Shown in pieces: positions 19,676-29,693 of a stretch of 64,000 nt of DNA. The translations under genes and the position numbers were made by a program. The stretch comes from an uncultured Chthonomonadaceae bacterium (GTDB lineage: Bacteria > Armatimonadota > Chthonomonadetes > Chthonomonadales > Chthonomonadaceae): NCBI GenBank assembly GCA_963817895.1, contig CAWFQB010000004.1:128001-192000 (forward strand), read 5' to 3'. How positions within the stretch are numbered: the first letter of the stretch is position 1; the number at the start of each line of letters is the position of its first letter. Below the pieces are notes generated by a model, which saw nothing but the letters and a program-made list of their open reading frames with translations, had not been told where the DNA came from and did not search any database.

Positions 19676-20867
19676 ATGTCCAAACCCAAATCCCGGAAAT
19701 CGTCCCGAACCCGCGTGTCCTCGAAAGCGCAGGCCGAACCTGAGCCGCCCGCTTTGCCCGTCAACAGAGTCTCTGAAAGGCGATTGCCGCGAATTGCTGG
19801 CGACCCTGCCACCCAAATCCGTTGACCTGATCTTTGCCGACCCGCCGTACAACCTGCAATTGAAGCATGAACTCTGGCGGCCTAACCTGACCCACGTAGA
19901 TGGGGTGGACGACGCATGGGACAAGTTCAACAGCTTCGCGGAGTACGACTGCTTTACCCGCGAATGGCTGGCCGGCTGCCGCCACGTTCTGAAAGATACG
20001 GGCGCAATCTGGGTATGCGGTTCTTACCACAATATCTATCGCGTGGGAAGCATCTTGCAGGATTTGGGCTACTGGATACTTAATGACGTGAGCTGGGTTA
20101 AAAAAAATCCGCTGCCCAACTTCAGGGGAACGCGGTTTTGCAACGCGCATGAAACGCTGCTGTGGGCGAAAAAGTCGGAAAAGCAGCCGAAATACACGTT
20201 CAACTACAAGGCGCTGAAAGCCGGTAACGACGATTTGCAGATGCGAAGCGACTGGCACATTTCCACCTGCGGCGGCGAGGAGCGGCTGAAAGTAAACGGG
20301 CATAAAGCCCACGCGACCCAAAAGCCCGAAGCCCTGCTGCACCGTATCATTCGCGCCTGCACCCATCCCGGCGATGTTGTGCTGGACCCGTTTTTTGGGA
20401 CAGGAACGACGGGCGCGGTTGCGGCCCGCCTGCGTCGGCAGTGGATCGGTATCGAGCGCGAAGCCGCGTATGTGGAACTGGCCGAAGACCGAATCGCGCA
20501 GATTGTCCCGCCCCTTCTGCCGGATGAGATGACGCCGCCGCCACTGGATACGCCCAAACGCAAAATCCCGTTCGCCACGCTGCTGGAACATGGCCTGCTG
20601 GCTCCCGGCGATACGCTGCGATTGGGACGCTCGGAATTTGAAGCGACGATTCTCGACGACGCCACTATTGCCTGCGGGGGCGAACGCGGCAGTATTCACA
20701 GCGTGGCCGCCCGCTGCCTGAACAAACCCTCCTGCAACGGCTGGGAACACTGGCACTATCGCCACCCTCTGACGAGCGAATACCTCCCCCTCGATACCCT
20801 GCGCGAACGCATGAGAGCCTTGATTGAAAATAATGGGCAGGTAAAACCGACTATTGCGGCGAAATGA
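19676..20867 (+). CDS. Orphan beta-class adenine DNA methyltransferase, CcrM/M.HinfI-like, with C-terminal RAMA-like domain (frameshift near 19770)
   Basis: FADPPYNLQL, HATQKPEALL, DPFFGTGTT, GSIH...SCNGW..W. ATG 19676 gives MSKPKSR...LPVNRV, which joins LKGDC after one frameshift. Confidence 0.85.
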
Positions 20868-20876
20868 ACAGGCAAG

Positions 20877-20983
20877 GGTATTCGGTATTCGGCGTTCGGT
20901 ATTCGGAAAATCCAATAGCAGACGAATTTTCTTTTACGGAATAAACTATCAGCCGAACACCGAACACCGGATACCGAATACCG
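20877..20983. repeat. Heptamer-arm inverted repeat (GGTATTC)n / (GAATACC)n
   Basis: About four 7-mers per arm (20877-20906 and 20953-20983); intergenic. Confidence 0.9.
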
Positions 20984-21007
20984 ACATTGGGAAGGGAGCG
21001 TGTTGAA

Positions 21008-22342
21008 ATGAGCGAAGAAATCAAAGGCGTATCGCGACGGCAACTGCTCGGTACGGCGGGGCTTGTGGGAACCAGTCTGGCGGCGGGAATTCTGCCGGTT
21101 CACGCGGAACCGATAACGCGAACGCGCAGAGTGGGCGCGAATGACAAAATTGTTCTCGGCTTGATCGGGTGCGGCGGCATGGGGCCAAGCGATATGCGGG
21201 AGCTGATGGGCAAGCCGGAAGTGGAAATGGCCGCGCTGTGCGATGTGGACAGCGCGCAAATGGGCAAGCAAGTCGGTAATGTGGAAAAGAAGTACGGTAA
21301 ATCGCCCGAACTGTTTTCCGATTACCGCAAGACTGCTGGAGCGCAAGGATATTGACGGCGTTATTGTCGGCACACCCGATCACTGGCACGCCCTGAACCT
21401 GATTCACGCGGTCGAGGCGGGCAAGGATGCGTACTGCGAAAAACCGATTTCGCACGACATCATCGAAGCGAAAACGATGGACGCAGCCGTGAAGCATTAC
21501 AATAAAATCGTGCAGGTGGGAACGTGGCAGCGCAGCACAGCGGAGTTCCATAGCGCGGTGGAGTACGTGCGGTCAGGCAAGTTGGGCAAAGTGGTTCTGG
21601 CGCGGGCATGGAAGGTGGAGGAGCGGGGCGCAGGCAAAGCGATGCCGACAACGCCACCCGCCTCGCTGGATTTCAATACATGGGTCGGGCCCGCCGCCAT
21701 GTTCCCCTATCAGGCGAACAAAGTTCACAACAACTGGCGCTGGTTCTTCAACACGGGCACGGGCAAAACCGGGGACTGGGGCGTACACATGATTGATATC
21801 GCCCTGCTCGGCATGAGCAAGGATACCGATCTGGTGATGCCGACCGAAGTGACCGCTTATGGCGGCAAAACTCACTTTCTGAACGATGACCGCGAAGCCC
21901 CCGACACGGTTCAGGCGATCATGCGCTTCAAAGACCCGGACTTTATGCTGCACTGGCAGACCGGGCAGGACTATCCGGGCGTCCCGATCACGGCACGGAA
22001 TGGGTGGGCGCGGACGGCAGAACCGTGCGCGTCTGGCGTGGCGGGTGGGAAATCCTCGACCCGAAGGGCGAACAGATGCCCAAAGAGCGCGTTCCCGCCA
22101 CCAACGACCACTGGCAAAACTGGCTGGACTGCGTGAAATCCCGCGAACAGCCCCGTTCCAATCTGGCTTCCATGGCGCAAACGACCATCACCTGCCACTT
22201 AATCAACGTGTCGCTGCTGGCGGGCGAAACCGTCCATTGGAGCAAGGAGAAGATGGATTTGGTCGGCAAAGCGGGCCGCAACTCTATCTACTACTCCCGC
22301 GAGTACCGCAAACCCTGGCATCTGCCGGTCTACAAGGCGTAA
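21008..22342 (+). CDS. Tat-exported Gfo/Idh/MocA oxidoreductase (2 frameshifts)
   Basis: SRRQLL Tat motif, GLIGCGGMG, GTPDHWH, YCEKPIS, DWGVHMID. Confidence 0.87.
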
Positions 22343-22354
22343 AGAAGAGGAGAG

Positions 22355-22564
22355 TGGGAACCGCGAAACACACGAAATAAACGAAAAATGACAAAATGAA
22401 GGCAAAAGGAAATAGACAGGATTAACAGGATTTTCAGGATTAAACAGGATTGCTCACAAGGAAGGTTTGACCTGATGTTCTTATCCGTGGGTATCCGTTT
22501 CATCCGTTCTATCCGTGGTTCGTATCTCCGCTTTTGACTTTTTTCGATTGTTTCGCGTTTCCCA
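22355..22564. repeat. Nested nonamer-arm inverted repeats
   Basis: Outer CGCGAAACACACGAAATAAACGAAAA / TTTTCGATTGTTTCGCG; inner (CAGGATT..)x4 and (ATCCGT...)x4. Confidence 0.8.
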
Positions 22565-22595
22565 TTCTTCTTTTCTGCGTATGTTGGAAACAACT

Positions 22596-23261
22596 ATGAA
22601 ACTGATAGTAGGGCTGGGCAATCCGGGGGCGGAGTATGTGGGGACGCGGCACAACGTCGGCTTTGAGGTTGTGGACGTGTTGGCGAAGCGGCATGGCATT
22701 GCGGTCACGAAGCGCAATTTCAAGGCGGTTTATGGCGAGGGCGTGATTGGGCCGGAGAAAATTCTGCTGGCGCGTCCTATGACGTATATGAATCTGTCGG
22801 GAGAAGCGGTAGGCGCGATTGCGCATTTCTACAAAATTGAGACGGCGGACATAATTATTGCGCTGGATGACCTTGCCCTGCCCATTGGGAAACTGCGGCT
22901 GCGCTTCAAGGGTTCGGCGGGCGGGCAGAATGGATTGGACAATGTGATCCGGCATTTGAATACGCAGGAGGTGCCGCGTATCCGGCTTGGGGTGGGGGGC
23001 GCGCCGCCGGGAGATATGCGCGGACATGTTCTTTCTCGCTTCCGCAAAGAAGAACTGCCGGTGATTCAGGAGGCGTATGAACTGGCTGCCGATGCCGTTG
23101 AGTGCGCCGTCAAAGAGGGCTTTGATATTGCGATGAACCGCTTCAATGTTGGAGAAAAGCCCGCCGCAAATATCAAGAAGGCGGAAAAGACACAACAAAA
23201 GGATGCAGGCGATGCGGGGCGCGAGGTCGCGCCGGAAAAGGCGGACGGCCATGCACATTGA
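22596..23261 (+). CDS. pth: Peptidyl-tRNA hydrolase
   Basis: MKLIVGLGNPG..Y..TRHNVGF, TYMNLSG. Confidence 0.96.
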   Translation: MKLIVGLGNPGAEYVGTRHNVGFEVVDVLAKRHGIAVTKRNFKAVYGEGVIGPEKILLARPMTYMNLSGEAVGAIAHFYKIETADIIIALDDLALPIGKLRLRFKGSAGGQNGLDNVIRHLNTQEVPRIRLGVGGAPPGDMRGHVLSRFRKEELPVIQEAYELAADAVECAVKEGFDIAMNRFNVGEKPAANIKKAEKTQQKDAGDAGREVAPEKADGHAH

Positions 23262-24063
23262 TTTACAGGGTAAAGTGGCGCTGGTGACGGGCGCGGGGCG
23301 CGGCATCGGCAAAACCATTGCGCTGACGCTGGCCGCAGAGGGCGTGACAACGGTTGGCACGGATATAGAGGCGGGCGGACTGGCGGAATTGGCGCAGGTA
23401 TTTGCCGAACAGGGCTGGAAAGGCGGGGCGCAGGTCTGCGATGTTCGGAACCCCGACGCTATTGCCGCGCTGGTCGCCAACATGGTTCAGAACTACGGGC
23501 GCATAGATATTCTGGTCAATAACGCCGGCGTCGCCATTACGAACCCGATTGACAAACAGGAGCCTGCCGATTGGAATTTGAATATTGACACCAATCTGAC
23601 GGGCGTATTTCTGATGTGCCGCGCCGTCGTTCCCGTGATGAAGCAGCAGAAGCAGGGGCGAATACTGAATGCCGCATCGTTTGCCGCAATTGTACCTTCG
23701 ATTGGCAGCGCGGCGTATGCGGCATCGAAGGCGGGCGTTGTGGCGTTTACCCGTGTGCTTGCGGGCGAAGTGGGTCCTTGGAACATCACAGCGAACTGCT
23801 ACGCGCCCGGCATGATACCCACGCAAATGAACCATTTTGCCGAAGCGTCGCCGGAGCGTCAGGAGAGGTTGCTGGATACGCTCACGCTGCGGCGTTGGGG
23901 CGAAAAAGAGGACATTGCGCGATTGATCTGCTTCCTTGCGTCGGATTTAGCAGGGTACATCACAGGCGCGATGATTGACATCAGCGGCGGCAAACTGGCG
24001 ACGCAGATACCGCGTCTGGCCTATGAGCAGGCCGCGCAGGAGGGCGCGTTTACGTTTGAATAA
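23251..24063 (+). CDS. SDR family oxidoreductase
   Basis: TGAGRGIG, NNAG, YAASK. Confidence 0.92.
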   Translation: MHIDLQGKVALVTGAGRGIGKTIALTLAAEGVTTVGTDIEAGGLAELAQVFAEQGWKGGAQVCDVRNPDAIAALVANMVQNYGRIDILVNNAGVAITNPIDKQEPADWNLNIDTNLTGVFLMCRAVVPVMKQQKQGRILNAASFAAIVPSIGSAAYAASKAGVVAFTRVLAGEVGPWNITANCYAPGMIPTQMNHFAEASPERQERLLDTLTLRRWGEKEDIARLICFLASDLAGYITGAMIDISGGKLATQIPRLAYEQAAQEGAFTFE

Positions 24064-24086
24064 ACGGCGGAAAGTTCCGTAACCAC

Positions 24087-24116
24087 TTGACAGAGATGTA
24101 AACGTTTCGATATAAT
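24087..24116 (+). promoter_or_regulatory. Sigma70 promoter with a LacI-like operator in the spacer
   Basis: TTGACA-18 nt-TATAAT; the spacer holds TGTAAACGTTT. Confidence 0.65.
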
Positions 24117-24241
24117 ACGCCGTTCGCTGTAGTAAATTGTTCATCAGGAAACGTTCGTCAGGAAACTATGGAAGCCTGCCCGCGCGCTCGACAGACCCTC
24201 CTGTACGAGTTGTTGTTTGGAAGCAGGCGAAGGAGAAATTC

Positions 24242-24793
24242 ATGCGCTGCAATCGTTTAGGTTCGTCACGCCGTTCACTGTTTGGCGCTATGGGCGCGCT
24301 GCTTGCTGTTGGAGTGCTGGCGGGCTGTGGTGGTGGCGGTTCCTCAACCACGCTCAACAGCAACCCGGTGACATCCACCCCGCGCACCGTTGACAATCTG
24401 CAATTCACCCTTTCGGCGGACAAAACCGTTTATGCCAGCGCCGCGCCTGTCAACATCACTTTCACGGTGAAGAACGTCAGCGCGGCCCCCATCAGCGTCA
24501 CGTATGCCACTCTCGGACCGGACTTTGTTCAGGTCGCGCAGGGCGGCACGGCAACATGGAGCGCGCAAAACGGAACCGGCGCGCCGCCACAGGTTTTAAC
24601 GTTTGCGGCGGGCGAAACGAAGACCTTTACGGAAACCTGGAACCATCAGAATCTGGAAACCGGGGCGCAGGCCAGTGGCGGCACATACAACGTGGATGCG
24701 CAACTGCGCGCCATCGCGATTAATGGCGTGACAGTGGCGGCGCAGACCAGCCGCGATTTAGCGGCAAGCACCATCCAGGTGACCATCCAGTAG
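24242..24793 (+). CDS. Lipoprotein with Ig-like (BsuPI-like) domain
   Basis: Lipobox LAGC; DKTVY...VNITFTVKN...GETKTFTETW. Confidence 0.7.
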   Translation: MRCNRLGSSRRSLFGAMGALLAVGVLAGCGGGGSSTTLNSNPVTSTPRTVDNLQFTLSADKTVYASAAPVNITFTVKNVSAAPISVTYATLGPDFVQVAQGGTATWSAQNGTGAPPQVLTFAAGETKTFTETWNHQNLETGAQASGGTYNVDAQLRAIAINGVTVAAQTSRDLAASTIQVTIQ

Positions 24794-24833
24794 CTTGATT
24801 CTAATCTGTTTCTAAAAAGTTTAAAATACACCC

Positions 24834-24862
24834 TTGACAAATCCGAGCCGAGGGTGTATATT
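24834..24862 (+). promoter_or_regulatory. rRNA promoter P1
   Basis: TTGACA-17 nt-TATATT with an AT-rich UP region. Confidence 0.75.
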
Positions 24863-24976
24863 AACCTTGCTTCCATACACGGAGGTAGAAAATGGTCAAC
24901 CGACAATTTTCTACATACCGAAAATGGGAGTGATTTCAAAAGTAAAGACGGCGATGAAGAATGACAAAAATCGTCC

Positions 24977-25005
24977 TTGACAAATGAAATCAAGTATGGC
25001 ATACT
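24977..25005 (+). promoter_or_regulatory. rRNA promoter P2
   Basis: TTGACA-17 nt-CATACT with TGn extension. Confidence 0.75.
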
Positions 25006-25466
25006 AGAGTGTTGCCGCGAAGAACTCCAGAGTGAGCGCGGAAACAAATGAACCTTTACAATCACGTTTTTGACGTTTTGTGTGGACTTTGAGTTCTTGC
25101 GTCATACGTACCATAGTGACTTCGGAAATTGCAGTTGGCTGAAAGGCCGACTGCGGAATGAAACGAGCAAGGATTCGTTCTTTCCGCTTTCGAGTGGATG
25201 AACAAAAACAGTTTGTAATCTCGTCTTCTGGATTTATTCAGAAGTTCGAGTTCGCATCAAGTTAAATTGATGGAGAGTTTGATCCTGGCTCAGGACGAAC
25301 GCTTGCGGCGTGCCTAAGAAATGCAAGTCGAGCGGAAGCAGCAATGCTTTAGCGGCGAACGGTCGCGTAACACGTAAGCAACCTGCCCGAAAGACCGGGA
25401 CAACACTCCGAAAGGGGTGCTAATACCGGATGTGCCCACTCTCTTGCATGTGAGGGTGAGTAAAAC

Positions 25467-25570
25467 GCGCAAAAAACAGATATTAGGTAGTAGATATTAG
25501 ATATTAGGGAAAGCCCGGTTGGGTTCGCTCTAATATCTAATATCTAGTATCTCCTATCTGTTCCTGTGGC
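25467..25570 (+). repeat. IVS-like insertion in 16S V2 (helix 10 region), (AGATATT)n arms
   Basis: Arms 25475-25507 and 25530-25562 form a stem of about 32 bp. Confidence 0.88.
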
Positions 25571-25826
25571 GGCTTTTGGAGGGGCTTGCGGCCTATCAGA
25601 TAGTTGGTGGGGTAACGGCCTACCAAGTCATCGACGGGTAGCTGGTCTGAGAGGATGGTCAGCCGGACTGGGACTGAGATACGGCCCAAACTCCTACGGG
25701 GGGCAGCAATTAGGAATCTTGTACAATGGGGGCAACCCTGATACAGCGACGCCGCGTGAGGGAGGAAGGCCTTCGGGTTGTAAACCTCTTTTAACCGGGA
25801 AGAAACAAATGACGGTACCGGTGGAA

Positions 25827-25872
<46 letters not shown>

Positions 25873-26102
25873 GGCGAGCGTTGTCCGAAGTTACTGGGCG
25901 TAAAGCGCGCGTAGGCGGGTTGGCAAGTCCGCTGTGAAAGCCCGGCGCTTAACGCCGGAGGGTCGGTGGATACTGCCAGTCTTGAAGGTGCCAGGGGAAG
26001 ATGGAATTACCAGTGTAGCGGTGAAATGCGTAGATATTGGTAGGAACACCAGTGGCGAAGGCGGTCTTCTGGAGCACTCTTGACGCTGAGGCGCGAAAGC
26101 TG

Positions 26103-26136
<34 letters not shown>

Positions 26137-26219
26137 CAGCCCTAAACGATGGATACTAGGTGTCGGGGGTATCGACCCCCCCGGTGCCGCCGCTAACGCA
26201 GTAAGTATCCCGCCTGGGG

Positions 26220-26283
<64 letters not shown>

Positions 26284-26383
26284 TGTTTAATACGTCACTA
26301 ACCGTAGAACCTTACCAGGGTTTGACATGTGAGGCACCGGCATGAAAGTGTCGTTCCTAGCAATAGGACCTCAACACAGGTGT

Positions 26384-26449
<66 letters not shown>

Positions 26450-26700
26450 TCCTATGTTGCCAGCGAGTGAAGTCGGGAACTCTTAGGAAACTGCCGGGGT
26501 AACTCGGAGGAAGGTGAGGATGACGTCAAGTCAGCATGGCCCTTACATCCTGGGCTACAAACATGCTACAATGGACGGCACACAAAGGGATCCGAGACCG
26601 CGAGGTGGAGGCAATCTCAAAAATCCGTTCTCAGTTCGGATCGCAGGCTGCAACTCGCCTGCGTGAAGCCGGAATCGCTAGTAACCGCAGATCAGATAAG

Positions 26701-26748
<48 letters not shown>

Positions 26749-26782
26749 CTTGAGTTGTCTGCACCCGAAGTCGGTGGGGTAA

Positions 26783-26883
26783 CCCCCAACTGTAGGTTGT
26801 TAAGGTTTGCGGGTTGTAGGTGGTTAGGGAAGCGTTCCCTAAAAGCTTAGAACCTTAGAACCCTAATCCCCTAGAGTTGGGGG
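26783..26883 (+). repeat. IVS-like insertion at the 16S helix 44 tip (V9), octamer arms
   Basis: Replaces the usual short loop after GGGGTAACC; right arm is (CTTAGAAC)-like x4. Confidence 0.85.
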
Positions 26884-26918
26884 AGCCAGCCGCCGAAGGT
26901 GTGGGGAGCGAGAGGGAC

Positions 26919-26973
<55 letters not shown>

Positions 26974-27149
26974 TGGACGCGGAAATTATGTGGGATGTTT
27001 GAGGCTTACGTTCTGCTCTTCGGAGTGGCAACGCTTGAACATGATCACCTTCCCTCCTAGGTCGGTTCTTTGCTCAGAAGTCACATTAGGTTCGTAAGAA
27101 GCAAGCCTCAGAGTCCACACAAGACTAATTAACGTGATTGTAAATAGTT

Positions 27150-27194
27150 CAAACAAGGCCGGAAAAGCACACGCTTTTCCGGCCTTGTTTGTTT
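27150..27194 (+). terminator. Terminator of the 16S transcript
   Basis: CAAACAAGGCCGGAAAAGC-ACAC-GCTTTTCCGGCCTTGTTTG. Confidence 0.8.
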
Positions 27195-27212
27195 GGCAGG
27201 GTATAATGCATC

Positions 27213-27270
27213 TGGTGGAGGTTCGAGTCCTTCCGTTCCCAATGGGAATGTAGCTCCAACTGGCAGAGCA
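27213..27270 (+). ncRNA. Circularly permuted tRNA-like RNA (T-arm, closed acceptor stem, D-arm; no anticodon arm)
   Basis: GGAGG-TTCGAGT-CCTTC, CGTTCCC-AAT-GGGAATG, TA-GCTC-CAACTGGCA-GAGC-A; TATAAT at 27202; terminator directly after. Confidence 0.65.
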
Positions 27271-27316
27271 AAAAGCCCCGGCAACAACATGAAGATTGTT
27301 GTTGCCGGGGCTTTTT
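27270..27316. terminator. Bidirectional terminator
   Basis: AAAAAGCCCCGGCAACAA...TTGTTGCCGGGGCTTTTT. Confidence 0.85.
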
Positions 27317-27331
27317 ACATCAAGGATTTCA

Positions 27332-28525
27332 TTAGTTTTTCAACGGTTGATTAGTCTCGAACGAAAATCCCGCGAGAAACTGAACCGCTTGCGTAAGCGG
27401 CACACGGAATTGCCCCTTTGCGGTTGTGTAACCATGTTCTAATCCAGCTTCGCCGTGTGGCGTGTACGTGTTGCCGTGCGGGTTCCAGAGTGTCACCCAA
27501 TCAATCGTCGGGTCGTAATCCAGAATGGCATACGCATGGTTGCTGGTGACGCCGGGAACCTTGACGCCCGCGCCCGTTCCCGCGCACACGAGACGCTTGT
27601 TCTGCATGGCTTCCGTCAACATTCCGCGCAACCTCTCCAATCCCTCCTGCTTCTGCGGTTCTGTTATATCTGACTTGCGCAACGGAGTACAGGAAAACCG
27701 CTTAATCTGATGGCCCGTGACAAACGCCACCATCGTTCCCGCCGAACCGCCTTTGCCTAACACGTCCAGCGGGGATGCGCTGCTGTCGGGTGACAAGGTT
27801 TCCTTGCGGCATATACCTACCGCTTTCTCGTACAGGTTGACCCACACGCCGTCCAGACTGCTTGAAGAGGTCAGCGCGATTTCGGCATCTGTCGGGGCGG
27901 AAAGACTGACACGCTTTTTGTTGCCGAACTGCACCAGAATTGTGCCGTCGGCATTGGCCTGAAACATCTTCACCACGTCCTGCGGATCCCGGTGCAGCAT
28001 CGCCCCAAGCGGAGCCAGACAAAAGCAATCTCCTAACCGTCCCTGATGTAGCGTGTCCAGATTGGGCGAACCGGACACAAACAGATCGCGCTTGATGCTT
28101 TGTATCCGCTTCCACGCCCCCATGTACAACGCCTCATAATCCGGCTGTTTGCCCCGCATTTCTTGCGTCATGGGAATACAGCGCGTGATGTTGTCCAGAG
28201 TGAGCGCAGGCGGCGTAAACGTCTTGCTGCGCAGGGAGCGTTTCAGCGCGACAATCGCGGCAGCCGATTTGCCCGTTGTTTGCGGGTCGGAAACGGCCTT
28301 ATCCACCTCCTGCTCGGAAAGCGTACCGTCGTGGTCACTGTCCCATTGGACAAAATGCGCCGTCACTTGTTCCAGAAACGGCGAGGAAACCGAAGCAGGC
28401 GCGGAAGCGGCAGGCTGTTGCGGAGCCGTCTGCGAAGAAGATTGCGCCCACGAAGCAGTGTTTACGCTAAGGGCTAAAAAACAGATGTTTGCGGCAAGCA
28501 GGGAAAAACGACGCGCAGTTCGCAT
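27332..28525 (-). CDS. Secreted calpain-like (C2) cysteine protease with EF-hand
   Basis: QGRLGDCFCLA, NHAYAIL and WNPHG catalytic triad motifs; DSDHDGTLSEQE EF-hand; signal peptide. Confidence 0.85.
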   Translation of the reverse strand: MRTARRFSLLAANICFLALSVNTASWAQSSSQTAPQQPAASAPASVSSPFLEQVTAHFVQWDSDHDGTLSEQEVDKAVSDPQTTGKSAAAIVALKRSLRSKTFTPPALTLDNITRCIPMTQEMRGKQPDYEALYMGAWKRIQSIKRDLFVSGSPNLDTLHQGRLGDCFCLAPLGAMLHRDPQDVVKMFQANADGTILVQFGNKKRVSLSAPTDAEIALTSSSSLDGVWVNLYEKAVGICRKETLSPDSSASPLDVLGKGGSAGTMVAFVTGHQIKRFSCTPLRKSDITEPQKQEGLERLRGMLTEAMQNKRLVCAGTGAGVKVPGVTSNHAYAILDYDPTIDWVTLWNPHGNTYTPHGEAGLEHGYTTAKGQFRVPLTQAVQFLAGFSFETNQPLKN

Positions 28526-28679
28526 AATGGGAAAACCTCGGAAAATGGAGAGTTAGGGAGAACCAAGATAACACCGGTATTTGGACGCAGACTGACCCCT
28601 AATGTTCATGTATAAGGCACAAACCCACATTGAAAACAGTATACAAGAGAAATGCTGTTTTCTGTATGCGGAGACAACC

Positions 28680-29165
28680 ATGAATTCCGAATTACAACCT
28701 TCTCATCTTCCTCCAAAACTGAAGCAGGAACTTCAATCCTCGAAAGAAGCGAAACAGGCAGCCGAGCTACAGGCAATGCGGCTACAGACTGCCATGATGA
28801 AAACTCTGCTGTTGCTTCGCGGGTTAGGAGTTACACTGGGAGAACCGAAACAATTCTTAATGGAAGTCTATGAAGACGCGGAACGAAAACAGCACGTTAT
28901 CCTCGCCAGATGGAACTTGAAACCGACCAAAAAGGAACGTTGCAAGTTGTTGTTCGAGTTTAGTTTCGACAAGGACGAACTCACCATGCGATGGTTTGAC
29001 AAATCCGTTGCTGCAAACTTGCCGGATACACAGGAGCGTAAAGCTGTAGATGCCAAACGCTGGCAGGCGCTCTATAAATGCTTTATAGACCTCGATAAGA
29101 GAGATAACCTGTCTGATATTATTAGCTTCTCGATCTCTGATTCTGAAAACGAGGAAGACAGACAG
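28680..29165 (+). pseudogene. Hypothetical gene interrupted by the IS (5' part; 3' part at 30793-30909)
   Basis: The frame resumes after the IS for 38 codons, to TAA at 30907. Confidence 0.6.
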
Positions 29166-29246
29166 CCCTGTGTGCCACAATAGGTTGAGACAAAATCCCG
29201 TACACGAAATAGTGTAGATCGCCAGGGCGGAGAATGGATTTCTCAG

Positions 29247-29693
29247 ATGAATACGCCGTTGACAGACAGCCCAACCACTCGCCTCACCAACAATGGACAC
29301 CACAGCGCGCCCTCCCCCGCGCTGCGCCCGGAGGCGCAGGTGCAAACGCGCCCCACGCGCCGCCGCTTTACCGCTGCGTACAAGCTGCGCATCCTTAAAG
29401 AAGCCGACGCCTGCGTCAAGCCGGGAGAGTTGGGGGCGCTGCTTCGCCGCGAAGGGCTGTACTCCTCCACGCTTGCCAACTTCCGCAAACTGCGCGAGGC
29501 GGGTCAGTTGGGCGAGAAGAACTCTGCCCAGGCGCAGAAGCAGCGCAAAGACAAAGAAGCCGCCCGCCAACGCGATGCCCGCAGGATGGCCGCTCTGGAA
29601 ACCGAGAACCAGAAACTGCGCGTTCTGCTGGAACTCCAAAAAAAAGTAGCGGCCTTGCTCGACCTGACACTGGAAGAAACGCCGCCCGAATAA
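29247..29693 (+). CDS. IS transposase OrfA (HTH)
   Basis: RRRFTAAYKLRIL...LLRREGLYSS; A-tract CAAAAAAAAG near 29638 could support a -1 frameshift. Confidence 0.88.
   Translation: MNTPLTDSPTTRLTNNGHHSAPSPALRPEAQVQTRPTRRRFTAAYKLRILKEADACVKPGELGALLRREGLYSSTLANFRKLREAGQLGEKNSAQAQKQRKDKEAARQRDARRMAALETENQKLRVLLELQKKVAALLDLTLEETPPE

Noticed and set aside
27043..27060. Second anti-SD-like GATCACCTTCCCT after the 16S end
   Set aside because: It is part of a trailer hairpin (GTGGGATGTTTGAG/CTTGAACATGATCAC), and there is no other sign of a duplicated 16S 3' end.
27213..27270. Ordinary tRNA, spliced permuted tRNA, or two-piece tmRNA
   Set aside because: The halves are reversed, no anticodon stem can be formed from the flanks, and there is no G3-U70 pair or tag reading frame.
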